Below, piece by piece: positions 9,299 to 17,091 of a DNA stretch of 18,091 bases (position 1 is the stretch's first letter; every line of letters starts with the position of its first letter). Under the pieces are notes generated by a model that saw only the letters and a program-made list of their open reading frames with translations, searched no databases and was not told the DNA's origin. Origin of the DNA: a bacterium (GTDB lineage: Bacteria; Muiribacteriota; UBA6191); the NCBI GenBank assembly GCA_036339875.1, contig JAYZAC010000104.1, forward strand, positions 1-18,091, given 5' to 3'. A program made the position numbers and the translations under genes.

Positions 9299-12200
9299 CT
9301 AGTTAATTGGTTCTATTTGAATTCTAAAATCATGACCGTCAATACTAACTTCACGAACGCTATCGCCCTGTAAAAGTTCTTGTTGAGAGTCCAGTTTGAT
9401 ACATAAAATCTCACTCTTAATCAGAACTGAATGTTCTTCCACTGCCCTTAGAATTTGTGAACTATTGGAAGAAACCTTACCAAAAATTCGATCACTCAAA
9501 TGTAATTCTGAATCTTTACGTAGGGTTTGAAAATGACGGATAATTTCACGGGCATGTCCCTCTAAAATCAATTCTTCATCTAGATTTAAATCTAAGCTGA
9601 CGAGTAAACCATTCTCACTGGCACAATCGAAGCCCTCTTCTGCTCTATATTGCATATCAAAATCACCCGAATCTAGAAGATGCTTTTCTGCTACTAAAAG
9701 CTTCTCATCCTTGATCTCCCACTGACCTTGCTTTACGGCCGCAGCGACTTCTTTCATCTGCTTACCTAATTTGGGACCAAGACTTTTGAAATTCAATTTA
9801 CATTCGGGAATTCCAAGAGTTGAACCATCAGCCACATACTCAATTTGTTTCACATTTAGTTCCTCCTGAATTAAATCTGAATACTCTTCCAGTAAGTTCT
9901 CAGGTAGATCCCCTGCTACACGAATACTTCGTAATGGCTTACGAACCTTCACTTTATTACGTGCTCTTAGATTATGACCTAAACTAACGATGGTTCTTAC
10001 TTGATCCATTCTTTGGCTCAAGTTTTCGTTAATAAGTTGTGTATTAACTTCTTCCCAATCAGTCAAATGTACAGACTGCTCTCCAGTAAGAGCTCTGTAA
10101 ATTGTCTCTGTAATAAATGGCATAACAGGCGCCAGAATTTTACATAATCCAGTTAGTACGGTATACAGTGTGTCATAGGCTGCTGTTTTGTCCGCTTCTA
10201 GTCCCTCAGTCCAAAATCTGCGCCTACTACGACGCAGATACCAATTCGTAAGAATAGGCAGAAATCTCTGGATATAACGGGTAGCCTCAGCCAACTCATA
10301 ATTTTCCAGATGTTCTGTTGTAAACTTGAGAATCTGTTGATATTCAGAAAGGATATACCGATCCAAAACATGATCTACCTGATCTGTAACCTCAACAATT
10401 TTTGGTTTATAGCCATCTAGATTTGCATAAGAGCAGAGAAAGCTATAAACATTCCAAAGAGGTAAAATTACTGACTTAACAATCTCTCTGAACTCGCTAT
10501 CTGCTACTCGTACTTCTAAACCATTAACTACAGGAGAAGTAACCAAAAAATAGCGCATAGCATCGGCACCATAGACTCCAAAAACTTCCATTGGTGGAGT
10601 GTAATTCTTGTGACGTTTAGACAGTTTCTTACCATCTTCAGCAAGTATTAATCCTGTACAAATTACATTTCGAAAAGCAGGGCGATTAAAAAGTGCTGTG
10701 CCAATCACATGCAAATAATAAAACCAGCATCGTGTCTGATCGATTCCCTCACATATGAAATCTGCCGGATAATTGCTCTCGAATTTCTCCTGATTTTTGA
10801 ATGGATAATGTTGCTGACCGTAAGGCATTGACCCTGATTCAAACCAGCAATCAAGAACTTCTGGTACTCGATGATATGTTTTGCCGTCTTTATTAATCAC
10901 TAAATCATCTACAAAATGTTTGTGAATGTCTGAGACGCTTTTTCCACATAATTCCTCAAGTTCCTGAACAGATCCAACGCAAATTAAATCACCTTCTTCT
11001 GAGCGCCAGATTGGTAATGGACATCCCCAAAAACGATTTCGCGAAATAGCCCAATCTCTAGCGTTCTCGAGCCAATTTCCAAAACGCCCTTGCTTAATAT
11101 GACCTGGGACCCAATGAATTTCTTCAGCATTCTGAAGTAGTTTTTTCTTTATCTTCTCGATACTTACAAACCAACTAGAAATAGCCTTATACATTAGAGG
11201 AGTATCTGTACGCCAACAAAAAGGATAATTATGCTGAAGTGTCTGCTGCTTAAACATTAAGCCTCTATCCTTAAGATCACGACTTATTAGCTTATCAGCT
11301 TCCTTGAAGTTTATACCTCCGATCAATGGCATCCCTTCTTTAAAGTTTCCATGGGCATCCACTGGGTCAAAGACAGGTATTCCACTGGCAAGACAGACCC
11401 TTAAATCATCCTCACCAAAGGCCGGCGCCTGATGCACGAGTCCCGTACCAGAATCATCACTAACGTAATCATCAATCAAGACCTTAAAACAATTACTGGC
11501 ATCTATTTCGGACACTGCATAATCAAAAAGCGGTTTGTATGTAAGACCTTCTAATTCAGAGCCTTTGAATTCCTTATTGATTACGTATTGATCTTCTTCA
11601 AAATATTGATCTACTAAACTCTTACCCAAAATATAAGTTTTAGAATCCTGCTTATTTAAAAGCTCTACATAATCAAGCTCAGGACCCGCACAAATAGCTA
11701 AATTGGAAGGTAAGGTCCAGGGGGTTGTTGTCCAGACCAAAAAATAAGTTTCAGCACGATCGATTAACTCAAACCTTACGGTCACCGATGGGTCTTGGGT
11801 ATCCATGTAATTAAGACTTGCTTCTGAATTAGAAAGTGGAGTAGAAAGTCTCCATGAATATGGTAGAACTTTACGACCCTCATAAATCAAGCCTTCGTCC
11901 CACATACGTTTGAATGCATGCCATACGGATTCCATGAAATCCCGATCCATTGTTTTATAATCATTTTCGAAATCAATCCAACGACCCATCCGTTCAGTTA
12001 CTATCTGCCACTCCTTGGTGTAGCGCAAAACTGTTGAACGACATTTCTCATTGTATTTATCAACGCCATAGTCAAGAATATCGGGAGCACCTCTCAAATT
12101 AAGTTCTTTTTCGATTTCCAACTCAATTGGCAAACCATGACAATCCCAACCAAACCTGCGCTCCACGCGATAACCACGCATGGTTTTATAACGTGTAATT

Positions 12201-12412
12201 AAATCCTTCACTGTGCCCTGTAAAAGATGCCCATAATGAGGCATGCCCGTAGCAAATGGAGGACCGTCGTAAAAAACAAAATCTTTTGCTGAAGAGCGGT
12301 TTTCAATCGACTGATGAAAAGTTCTATTTTCTTTCCAATAGCTTTCAATCTCATTTTCCATACCTGGAAAATCAGGTCTGTTGCTCACCGGGGGAAAGAT
12401 TTCTTTAGTCAT
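9299..12412 (-). CDS. ileS: Isoleucine--tRNA ligase, type 2 (eukaryote/archaea-like), 1037 aa
   Basis: FYDGPPFATGMPHYGH (HIGH variant), GWDCHGLP, WTTTPWTLPSN (editing domain), GTGLVHQAPAFGEDD, DWAISRNRFWG, DCWFESGSMP and GKKLSKR (KMSKS variant). No type-1 C-terminal zinc finger. AAGGAG RBS. Confidence 0.98.
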   Translation of the reverse strand: MTKEIFPPVSNRPDFPGMENEIESYWKENRTFHQSIENRSSAKDFVFYDGPPFATGMPHYGHLLQGTVKDLITRYKTMRGYRVERRFGWDCHGLPIELEIEKELNLRGAPDILDYGVDKYNEKCRSTVLRYTKEWQIVTERMGRWIDFENDYKTMDRDFMESVWHAFKRMWDEGLIYEGRKVLPYSWRLSTPLSNSEASLNYMDTQDPSVTVRFELIDRAETYFLVWTTTPWTLPSNLAICAGPELDYVELLNKQDSKTYILGKSLVDQYFEEDQYVINKEFKGSELEGLTYKPLFDYAVSEIDASNCFKVLIDDYVSDDSGTGLVHQAPAFGEDDLRVCLASGIPVFDPVDAHGNFKEGMPLIGGINFKEADKLISRDLKDRGLMFKQQTLQHNYPFCWRTDTPLMYKAISSWFVSIEKIKKKLLQNAEEIHWVPGHIKQGRFGNWLENARDWAISRNRFWGCPLPIWRSEEGDLICVGSVQELEELCGKSVSDIHKHFVDDLVINKDGKTYHRVPEVLDCWFESGSMPYGQQHYPFKNQEKFESNYPADFICEGIDQTRCWFYYLHVIGTALFNRPAFRNVICTGLILAEDGKKLSKRHKNYTPPMEVFGVYGADAMRYFLVTSPVVNGLEVRVADSEFREIVKSVILPLWNVYSFLCSYANLDGYKPKIVEVTDQVDHVLDRYILSEYQQILKFTTEHLENYELAEATRYIQRFLPILTNWYLRRSRRRFWTEGLEADKTAAYDTLYTVLTGLCKILAPVMPFITETIYRALTGEQSVHLTDWEEVNTQLINENLSQRMDQVRTIVSLGHNLRARNKVKVRKPLRSIRVAGDLPENLLEEYSDLIQEELNVKQIEYVADGSTLGIPECKLNFKSLGPKLGKQMKEVAAAVKQGQWEIKDEKLLVAEKHLLDSGDFDMQYRAEEGFDCASENGLLVSLDLNLDEELILEGHAREIIRHFQTLRKDSELHLSDRIFGKVSSNSSQILRAVEEHSVLIKSEILCIKLDSQQELLQGDSVREVSIDGHDFRIQIEPIN

Positions 12413-12451
12413 GGTCTTCTCCTTTAGACGGCCTCAAATAACGAAACCTGC

Positions 12452-12480
12452 ATTCTAGTGCTCCAAGGCTGAAACATCAA
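12452..12480 (-). promoter_or_regulatory. Putative sigma70 promoter of ileS
   Basis: Minus strand TTGATG (12480-12475), 17-nt spacer, TAGAAT (12457-12452), about 40 nt upstream of the start codon. Confidence 0.65.
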
Positions 12481-12575
12481 TGAATCATGAGTTAACTTTT
12501 TTGTTAAAACTTGGTCAAAAATAGAAATTTTGTGAGCTAAATAACTCCATTTACATAATGGATGTGTGTAGGAAA

Positions 12576-13772
12576 TTAAAATTTCCAGATATATCCACCA
12601 CCGATGGTATAGTCTCGAGAATCATCGGTTATCCCAAAAGTAGCATTATAGAACCACTGACGGTGTTTGTTAATTGTATACTTACGACCATACAACAATT
12701 GAACCTCTTCCATACGAGTATTTCGATCTTTGCCTACTTTGGCTGTGGCATTACCCACATTAGGTGCAATAACTTCAAGGTTGTCATTAGCTCCTCCAAA
12801 AATTCCTAGTAAGCCATAATTCTCTGAGAGCTTCTTATTTAATTTTTTATTAAAAGTCCAATTAAAAGTCCATCGATCGCCTTGTTCAGTTCGAACTATC
12901 TGTCCGTTAGATTCCTGAACTTCAATCTCCCCGCGTTCTTGAAATTTTAGAGCCATTATTTCTTTAAGTTTCTTACTACGCTGTTTCTCATATTTAAGCT
13001 GAACGTTACCTTCAAATCTAGATGGATTTGTCGATGTCGCTCCACCTGGGCGAAAATTCACAGTTCTTCTTGTGAAATTGGTACCAAAACCATAACTCCA
13101 TTTTGTCTTCTTATTTCTCTTAACATTTCGCATGTAATTGAACACCAGGTTATCACCCGGCTTTTTATAAGAAACACGTCCAAATAAGGAGGAATATGAG
13201 CCATTCATTGTATAGCCGAAAGTATAATTATTAGTGATACTTTTAGTAGGTTTGTTAATGAGATTGAAATCAACTCCTAAATTCAAACCTTTACCATAAG
13301 TTGGGTCAGAAAAACCCTGACCAGTTTCACCCATTGCAGACGTAACATTATTTTCTGATGCGTTTAACTGTTCTTTACCATTGGGCAGATTTAGCTTAAA
13401 TTTCCACTTCACACCATCAAGACCAACCTTTGCCTTCTGTGTGGACATCTCATGAACAATTTTTAGATCCTTAAATCCTTCGACACTATCTTTTGTAATT
13501 GTGCCATTACCACTTGCTTTCAAATTAGCTTTAGCCCAAGGCATTACTAGGGTTACCTTATTCTTTTTATTCAACTGGAATTTGAAAGTATTCTTCACTG
13601 TAAAGCGATCGACACTCTTATCTAGATTTTGTGATCCTGAACGAAAACTTTTAGCTTCATACAAAATATCAACTTGGCGACTACTTTTCCCTTGCTGTAA
13701 AGCAAAAGGATAAGGAATCACAAATACGTTAAAAGTCAAATAAACTACGATTAAACTAATTTTCGAATTCAT
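12576..13772 (-). CDS. Putative outer-membrane beta-barrel protein, COG4313/Phenol_MetA_deg ('transporter')-like, 398 aa
   Basis: N-terminal signal-like segment, many amphipathic alternating strands, and terminal YIWKF (BAM signal-like C-terminal Phe). Family-like motifs LVMPW...GFKDL...LNLPNG...GKG...KPGD and GITDDSRDYTIG. Barrel call is firmer than the family call. Confidence 0.7.
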   Translation of the reverse strand: MNSKISLIVVYLTFNVFVIPYPFALQQGKSSRQVDILYEAKSFRSGSQNLDKSVDRFTVKNTFKFQLNKKNKVTLVMPWAKANLKASGNGTITKDSVEGFKDLKIVHEMSTQKAKVGLDGVKWKFKLNLPNGKEQLNASENNVTSAMGETGQGFSDPTYGKGLNLGVDFNLINKPTKSITNNYTFGYTMNGSYSSLFGRVSYKKPGDNLVFNYMRNVKRNKKTKWSYGFGTNFTRRTVNFRPGGATSTNPSRFEGNVQLKYEKQRSKKLKEIMALKFQERGEIEVQESNGQIVRTEQGDRWTFNWTFNKKLNKKLSENYGLLGIFGGANDNLEVIAPNVGNATAKVGKDRNTRMEEVQLLYGRKYTINKHRQWFYNATFGITDDSRDYTIGGGYIWKF

Positions 13773-13780
13773 GCTGTGTT

Positions 13781-14608
13781 TTAAGATATCGGAGCAATGA
13801 CTTTTGGCTTTGATAAGCGATCTAAGCGAAAACTTCCCGGAAACTCCTTGCTATCCTGTGTGGCATACAAAAAATTAAATTTCTCTCCACGATAGAGAAC
13901 ATGTGGCTCTACCTCAACCTCTTCTTGGTCACCATGATCCATCTCATAGGTAAATTTGAGTTTATATCCAGTTTTCAATGATTTCTTCAACGCCATTAAA
14001 GGCAGTGGTAATTGCACCTGAAACATTTGAGTTGCCAAATTAAATCGACGTGGCGAAGCAACCTGTCTAATTTCATCAAAACTACGCCCTTCATTAACAA
14101 AATGCAAAAATAAGTGCATAACATGATAAGAATCAACTAGGGCCCTATGAAAACCTTCAGCCTTGAAGCCAAAGTGGTGTACTAGAGTTTCCATTTTATG
14201 ATTCATGATATTTTTAACGTATTCACGAGCCATAGGTAAACTATCCCAAACTTCATTCTCCGGCAAATTAATACCTTCAAGACTATATTCTGAGCCAACA
14301 AACTTCACATCGAATTCAGAATTATGAGCTATCAAAATTGAGTCATCACTCACAAAATCAGAAAATTTCCTCAATATTTCAGAGACCTTAGGTTTTCCTC
14401 TAACATCTTCGTCAAATATATGATTGACCTTGCTTGCACCCTCAGGAATTGGAATTCCAGGATCAATTAATTCGTCAAACTCTCCCAAAACCTGCCCGTC
14501 CCCAGTGAACTTGACCGCGGATAATTCAATCATTCTATTTTGAACCGGTTGGAATCCAGTAGACTCAATATCAAATGCCACAAATAATTTATCTCGAAAC
14601 TGACTCAA
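13781..14608 (-). CDS. DEDDh 3'-5' exonuclease with C-terminal WYL-like domain (275 aa)
   Basis: ExoI VAFDIESTG, ExoII AHNSEFD and ExoIII HRALVDS. C-terminal LKFTY...VEVEPHVL...FLYA...SFRLDRL. Start reassigned from 14719 to TTG 14608, which has GGAGG at 14618-14614 and 5-nt spacing. Confidence 0.88.
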   Translation of the reverse strand: MSQFRDKLFVAFDIESTGFQPVQNRMIELSAVKFTGDGQVLGEFDELIDPGIPIPEGASKVNHIFDEDVRGKPKVSEILRKFSDFVSDDSILIAHNSEFDVKFVGSEYSLEGINLPENEVWDSLPMAREYVKNIMNHKMETLVHHFGFKAEGFHRALVDSYHVMHLFLHFVNEGRSFDEIRQVASPRRFNLATQMFQVQLPLPLMALKKSLKTGYKLKFTYEMDHGDQEEVEVEPHVLYRGEKFNFLYATQDSKEFPGSFRLDRLSKPKVIAPIS

Positions 14609-14797
14609 CTCATCCTCCAAAATAAAAACAGTAAACTTAAACCAGCTTTTGCAACTGAGCCATTGGGGACAAACCTTCAGAGATAAAATCTTGAAATAGG
14701 AATTAAGGGTGTACCCCATAACTACGGCGAGAGCGTAACATAAAGGCTTATCAAAAACATTATATTTACTCTATTTTATCCCGAAAATATTAAAGAT

Positions 14798-15934
14798 ATG
14801 TGTATGACCAAAATTGTGATGATATTCCTAATTTTTAACTTATTATCACCCAATGCATTCGGCTCTGAGAAAAACCGGATCGATTCTGATATAGAACAAA
14901 TTTTGTTAAATCCGGAATTCCTACTTTTCAGACGTGGAGAAAACCAAAAGATATTCGAATATGATCAAAAAACAAGACGAGCTAATGCACCAAAACATGG
15001 TGGGGTTAGTTTGAATGCTTTTGAATTTTTCGAAAGTGAAAATACGCTTAAACGAGAGATTACACGCAATGTAATGCGAGGATATCTTCGTTTCTTATAC
15101 TCCGATCAGTATATTGTCAATGAACCTGATAATTACATAAAAATTGAAAATATTAAGAAAGTAACACCAGTCTTACAATTTGAAGATGGAGAAAAAAACC
15201 ACTATCTCCTTAAAAGATTTAATGATAACAACTTCGATTTAATACTTTTGGAATATTCCCAGATATTTAAGCAGTATTCTGGCAAAAAGATGGAAAATTT
15301 TGATCTCTTAGAGTATCTCCATACAGCTCGAGTATCCGGAGTCGATTTATTAAGAATTGCCATATACGAAGAAAAGTCATTTCGAATTCCTAGACTAACT
15401 AATCTTGAAATTCCAATAAGAAACAAAAGTATGATCACAATCCTTGAAGAAAATAAAGCCGCCGAGGAAGAAAAGATTGAGAAAGAGAAAGCACCGCTAA
15501 GATTAATGCGTCAAATCATGACAACGGAGCGTAAAGCTAAAATGCTTATGCAACCGTTGCAAGAAAAATTAAAACTTGCTGAATCGAAACGAAATGAAGA
15601 GTTTCTTAAACGAAAAGAGCTAGTTTTAATGCGATTACCACACTTGAAATCAGCCTTAGACGCTACAAGAAATGAAGACGAAATTACACTACTTGTTCAA
15701 TCAGAAATAATTCGTTCAATCTACGAACCTGATCCTTCAGAAGAAAATTGTCCGGGTGAACTAAAAGACGGGAATTGTATACCAAACTCGAATTGGTCTA
15801 ACAAAGTTTGGAAACTATACCGGCGTCTGTACAAATTTAGGGATGTGGCATCACATATTTTTCCAGATCGTAGGTCTATTCATCGTCAAAAACTATCCAA
15901 ATCCAAAGAATTTGGAGGAGCTGAATTATGGTAA
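14798..15934 (+). CDS. Hypothetical exported protein with central charged coiled-coil-like segment
   Basis: 378-aa ORF with signal-peptide-like start (MTKIVMIFLIFNLLSPNAFG; start could be ATG 14804). E/K-rich helix EENKAAEEEKIEKEK and a C-terminal Cys pair (CPGELKDGNC). No family recognised. Confidence 0.7.
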   Translation: MCMTKIVMIFLIFNLLSPNAFGSEKNRIDSDIEQILLNPEFLLFRRGENQKIFEYDQKTRRANAPKHGGVSLNAFEFFESENTLKREITRNVMRGYLRFLYSDQYIVNEPDNYIKIENIKKVTPVLQFEDGEKNHYLLKRFNDNNFDLILLEYSQIFKQYSGKKMENFDLLEYLHTARVSGVDLLRIAIYEEKSFRIPRLTNLEIPIRNKSMITILEENKAAEEEKIEKEKAPLRLMRQIMTTERKAKMLMQPLQEKLKLAESKRNEEFLKRKELVLMRLPHLKSALDATRNEDEITLLVQSEIIRSIYEPDPSEENCPGELKDGNCIPNSNWSNKVWKLYRRLYKFRDVASHIFPDRRSIHRQKLSKSKEFGGAELW

Positions 15935-17091
15935 AATTTTTAATCTGTCTCATGGGTTTTATTACATGTATTCGTGCCGAAATCGAATCAGTTGAATCTA
16001 CGCCCCAAAGCACTTCTTCGACTCTTTCGGTGCTGATTGATGAATTTAAATCTCAATATGGCGTAGCTCTCTCTAACCCAATAAACTATTCTCAAAAAGT
16101 TAATAAACCCGTTCTTTATCTGATTTATGCTCCATGGTCTAATACATTTCAAGTTTTCAATAGAGATGCAATTAATGATCCAGTCATATATGAGTACATG
16201 AACTTATTTGAGATTATTAAAATAAGAGGCGATATGGATGAATACAAAAAATTGATCCCAAAAAGATATTGGACTAGGCAATACCCAGCCTTAATAGCCT
16301 TTAGTGAGTTAAGAGAGTTAGGTTATCTGCGCGGAGAAGAAACAGTTGATACCAAAAAGCTGTATAAATCATTAGATTTTTGGTTTGAGCAATGGCGGAA
16401 AGATAAGGAATTGAAAACCGGAAAAAAACCTATACATCCAATGCGTTACTATTTTGAGGAGGATTATAAATCAAGAGAAATCGTTAAAAGCAAAGCAGGT
16501 TACCTTCTCAAAACTGGTTGGGTTGTACATGGAAAACCACGCCTAGTTCGAAATAAAGTTGTGACTATGGTTGATGGGCAAACTGAAACTTATCTACCCC
16601 TACATCTTTTTACAGACATTTCCAGAAAACTGGTATTACAGTCAGCTTTTAATGCGATGAAAGAATCCGCAAGTTTAGTCCCAGGTGATTTTCCATTAAA
16701 TTTTACCAATACGGTCGATAGCATACCCAGTATTAACGAACTCAAAAATAAGTCGGAGCTACCCATACTTGTTTTGATAGATCCAGAGGAACTTTTTTTA
16801 ACAAAACTGAAAGACTATAATAGCGATAATCGAAAAACTGCAAACACCCTAACCTATGTAAAAAAATATATAGGAGGAAAATCACTTGCCAAGCCTATGG
16901 CTGAAATTATAGCCAAGTTTTTCAGAATAGAATATCCAGCTGCCTTAGTTTTACAGGCAGGAACAGAGAATAGATCCTTTTCCAATTTAGATGACCCAGA
17001 AGAATTTTATCGACTATTGAATGATGAAGACTTAATCAGAAATCCAAAACCATTAGAGGATAAGAGCACTGGTAATGATATTAAAAATTAA
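15928..17091 (+). CDS. Hypothetical exported protein with redox-inactive thioredoxin-like fold(s), 387 aa
   Basis: GGAGG RBS; overlaps the upstream gene by 7 nt; short signal-like N-terminus. KPVLYLIYAPWSNTF...RQYPALIAF matches the Trx-family pattern but has no CxxC. Confidence 0.65.
   Translation: MVKFLICLMGFITCIRAEIESVESTPQSTSSTLSVLIDEFKSQYGVALSNPINYSQKVNKPVLYLIYAPWSNTFQVFNRDAINDPVIYEYMNLFEIIKIRGDMDEYKKLIPKRYWTRQYPALIAFSELRELGYLRGEETVDTKKLYKSLDFWFEQWRKDKELKTGKKPIHPMRYYFEEDYKSREIVKSKAGYLLKTGWVVHGKPRLVRNKVVTMVDGQTETYLPLHLFTDISRKLVLQSAFNAMKESASLVPGDFPLNFTNTVDSIPSINELKNKSELPILVLIDPEELFLTKLKDYNSDNRKTANTLTYVKKYIGGKSLAKPMAEIIAKFFRIEYPAALVLQAGTENRSFSNLDDPEEFYRLLNDEDLIRNPKPLEDKSTGNDIKN

Noticed and set aside
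12546..12562. TCCATT-N5-AATGGA hairpin downstream of the barrel gene as a terminator
   Set aside because: Only 6 bp, AT-rich and with a poor U tract; too weak to call.
12413..12575. T-box riboswitch upstream of ileS
   Set aside because: No T-box consensus or terminator/antiterminator seen, and the predicted promoter leaves a leader of only about 33 nt.
14609..14719. 37-aa N-terminal extension of the exonuclease-WYL ORF
   Set aside because: No RBS at 14719, whereas GGAGG precedes TTG 14608 just before the ExoI strand.
16135..16149. Selenocysteine or recoded active site in the Trx-like protein
   Set aside because: The codons are TGG TCT AAT ACA TTT, with no in-frame TGA. Conserved genes in the window translate full-length with the standard code.
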